Below, one piece after another: positions 18,637 through 28,514 of a stretch of DNA of 64,000 nt (position 1 is the first letter of the stretch; each line of letters opens with the position of its first letter). The translations under genes were made by a program, and so were the position numbers. The notes beneath the pieces were generated by a model. That model worked only from the letters and a program-made list of their open reading frames with translations, was not told where the DNA came from and ran no database searches. Source of the DNA: Minisyncoccia bacterium (GTDB taxonomy: Bacteria; Patescibacteriota; Minisyncoccia; Phycocordibacterales; Zambryskibacteraceae); assembly GCA_041742965.1 (NCBI GenBank), contig JBGTNQ010000012.1, forward strand, positions 1,379-65,378, in the 5' to 3' direction.

Positions 18637-18673
18637 AGCGGGAGGAGGAATTTAACTTCCCCCCAATCAGGCC

Positions 18674-18709
18674 AGAACCCCACGGCGCACTGCGACGCCG
18701 TGGGGTTCT
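18674..18709 (+). terminator. Strong hairpin terminator
   Basis: AGAACCCCACGGCG/CGCCGTGGGGTTCT inverted repeat. Confidence 0.6.
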
Positions 18710-18873
18710 ATCATTATATAAACCTTATAAAAGCGGTATTAACCCCGGGGCAAGCCCCAGTCAAAGAGCGTTCGCTCCACTCGCTCTTTGTCGCCCCAAG
18801 GGGCGGGTTATTAACCCTTATATTAGCTCCTCGGCTCGGAAATGAAAAAGATTACTTTTTCATTCCTCTCGCT

Positions 18874-21261
18874 CTACGTCGCTAATAAAAACTCAAAGTC
18901 TTGCGAGGTGAGTTTAATATCGGAACCTGCCTTATACTCTCCTGATATGATACGGTCAGCAATAATCTTTTCTACCGTGTCTTGTATAGCCCTATTTAGA
19001 GGCCTAGCACCAAACTTTTGATCGGTTCCCTTTTCAACCAGAAAGTCTAAAAGTTCTGGGGTAACAGTCAGCGTCATGCCTTTTTCTTTTAGCCTCCACA
19101 TAACGCGTCCGAGCATTTTTTCTGCAACCTTTCGCAATTCTTCGCTCTCTAATGGGTGAAAGAGTATAATCCCATCAAATCTATTTAGAAGTTCCGGTTT
19201 AAATATCCCTTGTTCAATTATTTTTTCTACAATCTCTGTTTTCTTTGCCAAAATATCTCCACCAGATTTCACGGTATCAAATATTTCTGTGCTTGCGGCA
19301 TTTGATGTGGCAATGATGATTGTATTTCGAGCACTTATCTTTCTCCCTGAAGCATCGCTAAACATGCCTTCGTCTAAAATCTGAAGAAATAAATCAAGAA
19401 CTTTTTTGTCAGCTTTTTCAAACTCATCGAGCAAAAGTACACCATATGGTTGTTCTCGGAGCATGCTAGCCAATACTCCCGGTGTATCTGTATCAAATCC
19501 ACCTATGAGACGATTGACGCTATCTTCTGTGCCGTATTCGGACATATCTAGGCGAATGAGAGGAGCTTCAGCACCAAAAAATATTTCCGAGAGAGCCTTT
19601 GTTGTTTCTGTCTTCCCTACACCCGTGGGACCGATGAACAAGAATGAACCTAGGGGCCTGTTTGGATTTGTGAGACCCGAACGCGCTCGACGCAAACTGT
19701 CGCTTATTGCCTGAACAGCCCCCTTCTGACCCACAACTCTTTCATGAAGAAGTTCTTCTAACTTCAAAAGATGGTCCTTTTCTTTTGAAGATATTTCACC
19801 GGTAGGCACCCCTGTCCTAGATTCAACTGCCCGCAATACATCGTCACGAAATATCATATATCCACCACGCTCGTTTGCATATGCTATGGCTTCAATAAGT
19901 AAATCTTCTGCTGTATCAAAAAGTGGCTCGTCAACAAAATATCTTTTTGCACTCTCCACTGATTCAAGAATTGCTAAATAAGAAAAGAAAACATTGTGCT
20001 CCTTTTCAAGAAAAAGGATGGAATCTTCTAGTGTGTGTATGATAGAAAATTCGTCCCCCTCGTCAACTTGTATTTTCTCTACATGTTGCATAAACTCACG
20101 GCGCTTAGAGACAACACGATTGAAATCATCTGTATCTGCGATAGCGATTATTGTCACTTCGGATGATTGTAAAAATCGAACTAAAAGCTCTGAAACATCT
20201 ACTCCCACGGTCTCACCGATATGAATGAAGTTGGCGATATCTGGAATAATGACCACCACATTTCCCGCTCTTGTTGCCTCTCCAAAAAGAGAGAGTAGGA
20301 GACGCTCTAGTGTGGGTGCATCAGTAGATTCGGTAACGAGGTGTTCCTGATCTAATACAAAAAAATGCTTATCGTGTAGCTCTTTTGGAGAAAGCCTACG
20401 CATAATTCTCCTGACTAAACCTTCTACAACCTCCATTTTGCCGACTCCCTCATCACCAACAAGAAGAGCGTTTGACTCAACAGAGCGAGATAAAGCTCTT
20501 TCTAGTTTTTCTATCTCACTAGCATGTAATTCATTTTCTTGATATGGAGAAAATACCAAAGGGGTGCTCATCCTCATCAAGGTATAAGCCTTGCCATAAG
20601 ACCAGTCCCTTCCTAGTCGAGGAAGGGTTTCCAACTTTTCTCTAGACCACCATCTCTCTATAGACATTCTTTTTCTCTCCTCACGTATGGTCCATAGAGC
20701 CGAAGAGATCAATGTTTTTTCACTTATTCCATGGGTAATTAAAAGATGCTCAAACTCTTTATCTCCACGCACGAGGGCCTTTAGATAACTTGAGAAAATA
20801 TCACCAGAGGTATCGAAAATAAAATTTTCTGCGTTTAAAAAGACTTTCCTTTTTGAAGCAAAATCTTTTATTGCCTTTACATCCAATCCAACCCTAAGAA
20901 GTATGTATTTTCCTATATTAGAACGCAGAAAGCCTCCAGTTATGTCTTTACTTTTTGTTTTTGAAATAATGTCTGCGAGTTCAAAAAGGTTTTTCTCTTT
21001 AGTATTATCTTCAAAGGCGTATGAGTAAAAAAAAGCATCTAAAGCAACGATAATAAGAAAGAAGAAAACCGATAGAAAGAAAAGAGCCGTCAACTCGCTT
21101 GCCGAAGTGAAGAATATATTTGAAGAGAGAATAAGTAAAAGAATAGAGAGGGCACCAAGTATTTTTTTGAAATAAAGTCTTGTTTTATGTTCTATAAAAC
21201 TCTCCAAAGCAAAAACTGGCATAAATCTTCGAGTCTTTTGTTTTAGGGTTTCAAAGTTCAT
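18874..21261 (-). CDS. Membrane-anchored ClpA/ClpB-like AAA+ ATPase
   Basis: Two N-terminal TMs; GDEGVGK and GPTGVGKT Walker A, LLDEFEK, RLDMSEY, GARPL; start MNFETL overlaps the upstream stop (TAATG). Confidence 0.85.
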   Translation of the reverse strand: MNFETLKQKTRRFMPVFALESFIEHKTRLYFKKILGALSILLLILSSNIFFTSASELTALFFLSVFFFLIIVALDAFFYSYAFEDNTKEKNLFELADIISKTKSKDITGGFLRSNIGKYILLRVGLDVKAIKDFASKRKVFLNAENFIFDTSGDIFSSYLKALVRGDKEFEHLLITHGISEKTLISSALWTIREERKRMSIERWWSREKLETLPRLGRDWSYGKAYTLMRMSTPLVFSPYQENELHASEIEKLERALSRSVESNALLVGDEGVGKMEVVEGLVRRIMRRLSPKELHDKHFFVLDQEHLVTESTDAPTLERLLLSLFGEATRAGNVVVIIPDIANFIHIGETVGVDVSELLVRFLQSSEVTIIAIADTDDFNRVVSKRREFMQHVEKIQVDEGDEFSIIHTLEDSILFLEKEHNVFFSYLAILESVESAKRYFVDEPLFDTAEDLLIEAIAYANERGGYMIFRDDVLRAVESRTGVPTGEISSKEKDHLLKLEELLHERVVGQKGAVQAISDSLRRARSGLTNPNRPLGSFLFIGPTGVGKTETTKALSEIFFGAEAPLIRLDMSEYGTEDSVNRLIGGFDTDTPGVLASMLREQPYGVLLLDEFEKADKKVLDLFLQILDEGMFSDASGRKISARNTIIIATSNAASTEIFDTVKSGGDILAKKTEIVEKIIEQGIFKPELLNRFDGIILFHPLESEELRKVAEKMLGRVMWRLKEKGMTLTVTPELLDFLVEKGTDQKFGARPLNRAIQDTVEKIIADRIISGEYKAGSDIKLTSQDFEFLLAT

Positions 21262-21650
21262 TAAGAAAAGATAAATCGTAAAGATATGGCCAATATGAAC
21301 GGAAGGATAATCGGATAAATTATCCAAAGGATTAAGATTATTAACCCAACGAGCATCCCCATTACTAGAGAGAAAAAACCCATAACTAACACACTGGCCC
21401 GAACAAAAAAACCAAAAGCTCTCATAATCGAATTTATCAAGAAAGACACCAAGGCCTCTTTTGGATGGAAACCGGACCTATACCCCTCACCCATCCTCTC
21501 CCACGGAGAAAAGAGGGTTTTAAACAATACAGATAAAGAAAAGAAGTCGGCTAAAAAATGAATAGCGTGGAGGATATTGTTAGTCAAATCCCTTATTCCC
21601 CTCGTATAATGCCAACGAAAATAGTTTGGAAGAAATAGAATTGCATCCAT
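21261..21650 (-). CDS. Hypothetical membrane protein coupled to the Clp-like ATPase
   Basis: Y..WHY...FFS...LFKTLFSPW.R pattern, C-terminal TM, leaderless-type start. Confidence 0.75.
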   Translation of the reverse strand: MDAILFLPNYFRWHYTRGIRDLTNNILHAIHFLADFFSLSVLFKTLFSPWERMGEGYRSGFHPKEALVSFLINSIMRAFGFFVRASVLVMGFFSLVMGMLVGLIILILWIIYPIILPFILAISLRFIFS

Positions 21651-21714
21651 GTATATAGTATAGCGTGCTATTTTTAAGAAAACAGAAGACTGTGGTGGAT
21701 TAGAATCTAAAAAA

Positions 21715-22536
21715 CTACTCTCCTTTTCTCACAAAAAACACCCTATTGCCATAACGCAAATCTAAAGAATGGACATTTAGACCAGATTCGGAGCGCAAAG
21801 AAAGATTTGGATCAGAGATTACGGAAGATAAGTTCAACGCGGTCTGAGATAAAGGCACTAGGGTAGTGATTATAATTTTTTCATTAGTAGAGAGAAAGAT
21901 CTCATACTCATTTTCAACAAGCTTTTTTACTAAAACAGGAGTCAAATCCAGAGAACGAAGAAAGGAAAGGAAGTCTCTAAATTGAATGAAGGTCTCTTCG
22001 TCCATAATCCGAGAAGTGATTTTCTTCTCACTGTCACCATTTTCTAATTCACCACGAAACGATACGAAAACTTCATCAGTAAACTCTGGAGCCTTATCAA
22101 ATATAAGTCCAGTCTTATCAAGAAAAAAACATCCTCCCTCGTCATCGCACCACAAGGCATCTGGCTCTCTCTCTTTTATATTTATAGAAAGAGTCTGGAA
22201 ATTCTCTATAGAAATATCAACTTCACTAATGCGAAAAAATTTTTCTTCTAATAATTTCTTAGTATCTTTCTTGGAAAAAAGTAAAATATTGTTTTTTGGA
22301 TAAATACCAAAATAATTATCATCTAAAGAGCCGAGAACCAGAGAACGAACCTCTCCTTCGGGAACTACCCGCGTCCCGGATACGGTGATATTAGTAATGT
22401 GTATAGAAGAAAGACGCCCGATGATTGCAGGCAAAGCGATAATAAACAAAACAAGGAAAGAGAGAAGTGTCCATTTTAGGATAAGGCGCCTCCTTCTTTT
22501 TTTCATCAACCGTGAAGGGTGTGACTTCCTAAGCAT
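21715..22536 (-). CDS. FtsQ/DivIB-like cell division protein
   Basis: Basic N-terminus, single TM, POTRA-like region, I.EREP and C-terminal LDLRYGNRVF. Confidence 0.7.
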   Translation of the reverse strand: MLRKSHPSRLMKKRRRRLILKWTLLSFLVLFIIALPAIIGRLSSIHITNITVSGTRVVPEGEVRSLVLGSLDDNYFGIYPKNNILLFSKKDTKKLLEEKFFRISEVDISIENFQTLSINIKEREPDALWCDDEGGCFFLDKTGLIFDKAPEFTDEVFVSFRGELENGDSEKKITSRIMDEETFIQFRDFLSFLRSLDLTPVLVKKLVENEYEIFLSTNEKIIITTLVPLSQTALNLSSVISDPNLSLRSESGLNVHSLDLRYGNRVFFVRKGE

Positions 22537-22540
22537 AATC

Positions 22541-23812
22541 TTACTTTTTAGAAATTATTGAACGGTCTCCCATATATTTTTGAAGCACTTCAGGGATTTT
22601 GACCGAGCCATCGGCCTGTTGAAAGTTTTCTACCAAAGACACCAATATGCGAGGAGTTGGAATCGCCGTGGCATTTAAAGAGTGGACATATTTCATCTTT
22701 CCATCGCTGTCTTTGTATCGAATATTAAAACGCCTAGTTTGAAAATCATGATAATAGGAAGCACTGGCGATCTCTCTATAAGCTTCTTCTTTTGGAACCC
22801 AAAGCTCTGTGTCATAGGACTTAACATGAGCGCCCTTCAAATCTCCAGTACAAATGACGACCTGACGATATGGGATACCTAGTGACTCTATAAACTCTTC
22901 TGTGTTTCTATTTAATTCTTCGTGAAATTTTACAGATTCATCATGACTGGCTTCACATAGAACCAACTGCTCCCACTTATAAAACTCATGAACACGGATA
23001 AGGCCCTTAACATCTTTGCTGTAACTTCCCACTTCCCTTCTAAAACATGGTGAAAAAGCGAGATATCTTTTTGGTAATTCTTCTTTCAATAAAACCTCAT
23101 TGGCATGATATGCCATCATCGGTATTTCGGCGGTACCCGCTAAATACTGATCGTCTTGTGTCTGAAAAATATCATCTGCATCTCCAGGAAGGTGTCCTGT
23201 GCCGTACAAATATTCTTTGTTCACAATGGCGGGGGCGATAAATGGATTAAAATTTTTCTTTAAAAAGAAATCCCGAGCATAGTTCCATACAGCCCAAGAA
23301 AGTAAAGCTCCATCATTTTTTAAAAAATAACCACGAAAACCATGTGTCTTTGTACCTCTATCAAAGTCAGCCATATCCAAATCAGTCATAAGTTCGATAT
23401 GGTCCTTGGCAGGAAAATCAAACTTTGGCTTTTCGCCCCATATCTTTAGCTCCTTGTTACCCTCATCACTATCCCCTTCTGGTACAGACATGTCTGGCAT
23501 ATTGGGAATCTGAAGCATCAAAGATTGCCACTCTTTCATTATCTCTCTAAGAGATTCTTCATCTTTTTGAAGAGAAGCCTTCACTTTTTGCATATCAGCA
23601 ATAAACCCCACCTTTAGACTTGAGTTTTTCTCGTTTACAATCTTGTCACTCATTTCATTCTGAACCATTCGTGCACTTTCTACTCTAGACAAAACTTCTC
23701 TCCGTTTATCATCTAGAGAAATTAAAGCATCCACATCAACCTTTACTCGTTTTTTACGGGCACCTTCGAGCACAAGATCTTTATTTTCACGAATGAATTT
23801 TATATCTAACAT
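22541..23812 (-). CDS. serS: Serine--tRNA ligase
   Basis: MLDIKFIREN, GTAE, CFRRE, GLIRVHEF.K.E, YREIASAS motifs. Confidence 0.96.
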   Translation of the reverse strand: MLDIKFIRENKDLVLEGARKKRVKVDVDALISLDDKRREVLSRVESARMVQNEMSDKIVNEKNSSLKVGFIADMQKVKASLQKDEESLREIMKEWQSLMLQIPNMPDMSVPEGDSDEGNKELKIWGEKPKFDFPAKDHIELMTDLDMADFDRGTKTHGFRGYFLKNDGALLSWAVWNYARDFFLKKNFNPFIAPAIVNKEYLYGTGHLPGDADDIFQTQDDQYLAGTAEIPMMAYHANEVLLKEELPKRYLAFSPCFRREVGSYSKDVKGLIRVHEFYKWEQLVLCEASHDESVKFHEELNRNTEEFIESLGIPYRQVVICTGDLKGAHVKSYDTELWVPKEEAYREIASASYYHDFQTRRFNIRYKDSDGKMKYVHSLNATAIPTPRILVSLVENFQQADGSVKIPEVLQKYMGDRSIISKK

Positions 23813-23904
23813 GGTTGATTTGATTTATAACCAGCAGTCCCGAACCTCCACAAGGCCTACCCTAATGACACTATGGTAGCAAAAATTGATAGAATAGAAA
23901 ATAT

Positions 23905-24762
23905 ATGAATTACTCAATATCAAAGTTAAATAAAAATGAATTTCCAGCCCTCTTGGAAGAAGTTCCTGACTCCCCTGAAAAACTTTTCCTAGTTGGCACT
24001 TTACCACCCAAAGAAAACAAAATACTTTGCGTAGTAGGCTCAAGAAAACACACAGAATACGGTCGTGAAGTGTGTGAATATCTAATAAAAGGACTGGCTG
24101 GTTTTCCGGTTTCTATCATTTCTGGATTGGCGCTAGGTATTGACTCGATTGCTCACAGAAGTGCCATCAAAAACAACCTACACACTGTTGCGATCCCGGG
24201 TTCTGGACTTGATCAAAAAGTTCTCTATCCACAAAGTCACAGAGGTCTCGCAGAAGATATTGTGTCTTCTGGCGGAGGTCTCCTCTCAGAATTTGAAAAC
24301 GATATGAAGGCAACCCAGTGGAGCTTTCCACAGCGTAATCGCATTATGGCAGGGATGAGTCATGCTGTACTAGTTATTGAAGCAGAAGAAAAGTCCGGCA
24401 CACTTATAACTTCGAAACTCGCCACAGAATATAACAGGGACGTATTCGCTGTACCTGGGCCTATTTTTTCTAAACAGTCAGAGGGGCCCCATATGCTTAT
24501 AAGACTTGGTGCCACTCCAATACGAAAACCCGAAGACTTGATAAGCGCCTTGGGCTTTGAAAATTTAGAACTCAAACCTCAAAAATATTCGCCAGAAAAT
24601 ACAGAGGAAAAAGTAATTATAAAAATACTTGAAGTACCAAAATCGCGTGACGAAATCATACGCGAAAGTGGTCTTCCTGCCTTTGCAGTAAACGGCACAT
24701 TGGCTGTCCTTGAAATAAAGGGAGTGATAACAGAATCTATGGGAGAGATAAGATTAAATTAG
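23905..24762 (+). CDS. dprA: DNA-processing protein DprA
   Basis: VVGSR, ISGLALGIDSIAH, FPQRNRI, SGTLIT motifs. Confidence 0.95.
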   Translation: MNYSISKLNKNEFPALLEEVPDSPEKLFLVGTLPPKENKILCVVGSRKHTEYGREVCEYLIKGLAGFPVSIISGLALGIDSIAHRSAIKNNLHTVAIPGSGLDQKVLYPQSHRGLAEDIVSSGGGLLSEFENDMKATQWSFPQRNRIMAGMSHAVLVIEAEEKSGTLITSKLATEYNRDVFAVPGPIFSKQSEGPHMLIRLGATPIRKPEDLISALGFENLELKPQKYSPENTEEKVIIKILEVPKSRDEIIRESGLPAFAVNGTLAVLEIKGVITESMGEIRLN

Positions 24763-24843
24763 CAAAAAAAACAACGCGCAACGAATACTAAAATAAAAAC
24801 AAAATTTGCATTCAAAAACTATTCGTAGTATTAATTGACCCTA

Positions 24844-27027
24844 ATGGCAAAAGGTAATGGAAAAAAACTTCTGATTGTCGAGTCGCCGGCGAAAGCAAAA
24901 ACAATCTCAAAATATCTAGACGGCGAATATGAAGTAGTCGCTTCTATTGGGCATGTTCGTGATTTACCTAAAACAAATAAAAAGGCAATAGATATTGAGG
25001 GAGGCTTCATTCCACACTATGAAATATCTAAAGGTAAAGAAAAAGTAATAAGTGAAATAAGAAAATTAGCAGGAGGAGCAGAAGATGTCATCCTGGCCAC
25101 AGACCCCGACCGTGAAGGAGAGGCTATAGCTTGGCATATTAGTGAGGCTGTGGGCCTTAAAAATCCAAAGAGGGTAGTCTTCCACGAAATCACCAAAGAG
25201 GCGGTAACAGAGGCAATAAAGCATCCACGGGATATTGATTTAAACCTTAAGATTGCCCAAGAGGCGCGCCGAGTACTGGACCGACTAGTTGGATACGACC
25301 TATCTGGACTTATTTGGAAAAAGGTCAGATACGGCCTTTCTGCTGGCCGTGTCCAATCTCCTGCACTCCGCATCATCATGGAGCGAGAGAGAGAAATCCG
25401 AGCTTTTAAACCTGAAACATTCTGGACAATATCCGCTGACTTTACCACAGAGAAAAATCTAATGATCACCTTGATCTGTGATGAAGAACCTAGAGAAGAA
25501 AAGGGAGTTATAAATATTTTAGACACAGCCAAAAAAGAACCTTGGTCAATTATTGATATAAAAGAGACAACAGTAAAAAGATCTCCTCGACCCCCCTTCA
25601 TCACTTCAACACTTCAACAAACAGCCAGTTCTAGATTAGGGTTTTCTCCTTCACGGACAATGGGTGTGGCACAAAAGCTTTATGAAGCTGGACTCATTAC
25701 ATATATGCGTACCGACAGCACCAACTTAGGGTCTCAGGCCAAAAAACAGATTGAGGAAGTAATAAAAAACAAGTTTGGAAAACAATACTACGAACCACAC
25801 TCTTATAGTAAGAAAAGTAAAAATGCTCAAGAAGCTCATGAAGCAATAAGACCCACAGACTTCGGGAAAGAAACTGGTGGTATAAATGAAGAACAGAAAA
25901 AACTCTATAATCTCATCTGGGCCAGAACAGTTGCCTCTCAGATGGTCTCCGCCGATACTCTTCGTACAAAAATAAGTGCCAATGTTAAAAGTGCTTCAAT
26001 ACCTAATTTTTCTATAACTGGATCCCGTGTCATATTTGATGGGTGGCTCATCGCTGATCCAAGGGCACGACAAGAGGATGTGGAGCTCCCAAAATTATTG
26101 AAAGGCGAAAATATCATACTCAAAGATATAAAAAGTGAAGAAAAGGAGACTACCCCACCCGCCAGATATTCAGAAGCTGGACTCGTAAAAGAACTTGAAA
26201 AAAGAGGCATAGGTAGACCTTCAACATACGCCTCAATAATAAAAACTATTATAGATAGAGGCTATGTACTAAAAGAACAGCGTGCGCTCGTACCGACGGA
26301 CACAGGGGATGTGGTGAGTTCTTTTCTCGAAGGAAATTTCGGAGACTATATAAGCGACACCTTTACCGCAGAGATGGAGAACAAGCTTGATGATATTGCT
26401 ATTGGTAAAAGAGAGTATGTAAAGACACTTTCTGATTTTTACAAACCATTTTTGAAAGATATAAAATCTAAAGATAAGTTGGAGAAACTAACAAATATGG
26501 GCGTGGCTGATGCAAAGTGGAAGTGTCCAAAATGCGGAAGTGGAATGATTATTAAGCTCGGAAAAAATGGCCGTTTCTTATCTTGTGATAAATTCCCTGA
26601 CTGCACAGGAGCACGAACTATAGATGGTGAAGAGATAATGGGGCCCAAAGATACGGGAGAACTTTGCCCAGAATGTGGTAAGGCTAACTTAGTAGAGCGC
26701 GACGGCCGATTTGGAAGATTTATAGCATGTGGCAGATACCCAAAATGTAAATTTGTAAAAGAAGACCCAGAAGCCAGAAAAAAACTACTAACAGGTGTTA
26801 AGTGCCCTGTATGTAAGGACGGAGAAATGATGGAAAGAAGGGGACGATTTGGTATTTTCTATTCCTGTAGTAACTATCCCAGTTGTAAAAATGCAATAAA
26901 AGCTAAGCCAACAGGAAACATGTGCCCTATGTGCAATTCCCTCATGATGGATGGCACGAAAACTATACCAGAACGCTGTAGTAACAAGAGCTGTGCAAAC
27001 CACAACCCGCATAAACTAATGAAGTAG
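24844..27027 (+). CDS. topA: DNA topoisomerase I with C-terminal zinc ribbons
   Basis: IVESPAKAKTI, ATDPDREGEAI, SAGRVQS, ITYMRTDS, multiple CxxC repeats. Confidence 0.96.
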   Translation: MAKGNGKKLLIVESPAKAKTISKYLDGEYEVVASIGHVRDLPKTNKKAIDIEGGFIPHYEISKGKEKVISEIRKLAGGAEDVILATDPDREGEAIAWHISEAVGLKNPKRVVFHEITKEAVTEAIKHPRDIDLNLKIAQEARRVLDRLVGYDLSGLIWKKVRYGLSAGRVQSPALRIIMEREREIRAFKPETFWTISADFTTEKNLMITLICDEEPREEKGVINILDTAKKEPWSIIDIKETTVKRSPRPPFITSTLQQTASSRLGFSPSRTMGVAQKLYEAGLITYMRTDSTNLGSQAKKQIEEVIKNKFGKQYYEPHSYSKKSKNAQEAHEAIRPTDFGKETGGINEEQKKLYNLIWARTVASQMVSADTLRTKISANVKSASIPNFSITGSRVIFDGWLIADPRARQEDVELPKLLKGENIILKDIKSEEKETTPPARYSEAGLVKELEKRGIGRPSTYASIIKTIIDRGYVLKEQRALVPTDTGDVVSSFLEGNFGDYISDTFTAEMENKLDDIAIGKREYVKTLSDFYKPFLKDIKSKDKLEKLTNMGVADAKWKCPKCGSGMIIKLGKNGRFLSCDKFPDCTGARTIDGEEIMGPKDTGELCPECGKANLVERDGRFGRFIACGRYPKCKFVKEDPEARKKLLTGVKCPVCKDGEMMERRGRFGIFYSCSNYPSCKNAIKAKPTGNMCPMCNSLMMDGTKTIPERCSNKSCANHNPHKLMK

Positions 27028-27031
27028 ATTT

Positions 27032-27233
27032 GGAAGTGCGCAGTCTTCACTGCATACGCGCAAGTTTTCGTGAGACGGAGGCATATTTTTTCAGCAGAAA
27101 AAATGCCGAGTCGGGGTCGCAGAACCCCGCCCCTGACGAGGGGCGGGGTATTTGTGACCGAAAACTATACCAGAACGCTGTAGTAACAAGAGCTGTGCAA
27201 ACCACAACCCGCATAAACTAATGAAGTAGATTT
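27032..27233 (+). mobile_element. Target-duplicating structured element after topA, including a 75-bp duplicate of the topA 3' end
   Basis: 26957..27031 identical to 27159..27233; core AGACGGAG..CGAGTCGGGGTCG..TTTGTGACC. Confidence 0.8.
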
Positions 27234-28229
27234 TTATATTGAAAAGTTGCTGACAGAATAAAGAGAATCATCTTGGTTCTCTTCTTTTTGTTTTTCCTCG
27301 TCTGAGCGATCGTCTACTGGCCCTACCAGGGTTTCATCTTTCTCTACTGGCAAATTTTGAGCTTCTTCAAATTTATTGAGAACTTCATTTGGATTTTTCT
27401 GAGAATTACTTTTGATAATAGCTAGAAGACTCCTTAGGTCGTCGCTATTGAAAAAATCTATCAAAATCTTTCCCCCGACATCCTTTCGTTCAATCTGAAC
27501 CCTGGTGCCGAGCGCCTCACGAAGCTTTTCTTCAAGATCGATAATCTCTGGATCAATCGCCAGTTCCTTTTTTCTCACCCTATCAAAAGCAATCCTGCGT
27601 GCAATACCCTCTGCTTCACGCACGGTAAGTTTTTTCAAAGTAATTTCTTTAAACAAAACCAGCTGCTCCTCTGGTCTATCAGTAAGCATCAAAAGAGGTC
27701 TAGTATGACCTTCTGAGAGTTTGCCCTGACTAACTGCATTCAACATCTCTTCTGGCAAAGAAAGTAGGCGTAATGTATTAGACACATACTCTCTACTTTT
27801 GCCAACTTTCTGTGCAATAGTGACATGCTTAAAACCAAACTCATTTGCTAGGCGCTCAAATGCTCTGGCTCTGTCAATTGGATTCAAATCTTCACGCTGG
27901 ATATTTTCAATAATAGCCAACTCAAGTTTCATCAAATCCGTATCGTCTCCAGTTTTTATAAGGACGGGAACCTGAGAAAGACCAGCGATACGAGAAGCCC
28001 TGAGTCTTCGCTCTCCAGCGATGAGTTCGTATTTCACACCGAGACCGCCGTCTTCTTTTTGAAATTCCTTGCGAGTGACGACTAGGGCCTGTAAAACTCC
28101 GTATTGGCGAATAGAGTCAGCCAGACTCTGAAGTTCTGGTTCGCTGAACTCTCGACGAGGCTGAAAGGGGTTTGGTTCAATTTTGTCTACTTCAACCCAG
28201 AATATTGAGTCATTATAGAATTGGGACAT
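27234..28229 (-). CDS. parB: ParB/Spo0J chromosome partition protein
   Basis: PNPFQPR, YELIAGERRLRA, IENIQREDLNP motifs. Confidence 0.93.
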   Translation of the reverse strand: MSQFYNDSIFWVEVDKIEPNPFQPRREFSEPELQSLADSIRQYGVLQALVVTRKEFQKEDGGLGVKYELIAGERRLRASRIAGLSQVPVLIKTGDDTDLMKLELAIIENIQREDLNPIDRARAFERLANEFGFKHVTIAQKVGKSREYVSNTLRLLSLPEEMLNAVSQGKLSEGHTRPLLMLTDRPEEQLVLFKEITLKKLTVREAEGIARRIAFDRVRKKELAIDPEIIDLEEKLREALGTRVQIERKDVGGKILIDFFNSDDLRSLLAIIKSNSQKNPNEVLNKFEEAQNLPVEKDETLVGPVDDRSDEEKQKEENQDDSLYSVSNFSI

Positions 28230-28240
28230 GGGGATATTAT

Positions 28241-28325
28241 AACCTACAACCTACAACCTACAACCTACAATAAATGATCCTTGTATTGTTTGTATTTGAA
28301 TTTTGTTGTAAGTTGTAAGTCGTTA
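28241..28325. repeat. Heptamer tandem repeats (ACAACCT)n with an inverted TTGTAAG-type counterpart
   Basis: About 4 copies at 28241..28270 and reverse-oriented degenerate copies at 28305..28325. Confidence 0.7.
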
Positions 28326-28344
28326 GTAGTTATTTTGCTTAGTT

Positions 28345-28428
28345 GCCGGAGTGGTGGAATGGTATACACGAACGACTCAAAATCGTTTGCTGAAAGGCAT
28401 GGAGGTTCAAATCCTCTCTCCGGCACCA
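28345..28428 (+). tRNA. tRNA-Leu(CAA), CCA encoded
   Basis: Cloverleaf with long variable arm; anticodon loop CTCAAAA. Confidence 0.93.
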
Positions 28429-28514
28429 ATACTCTTTTGGGCCCTAAAAAGGCCAAGTCTACTCGCTTTTTTACCTCTTGCTTTTTTCTTTAATTTATGG
28501 TAATATTAAATTAT

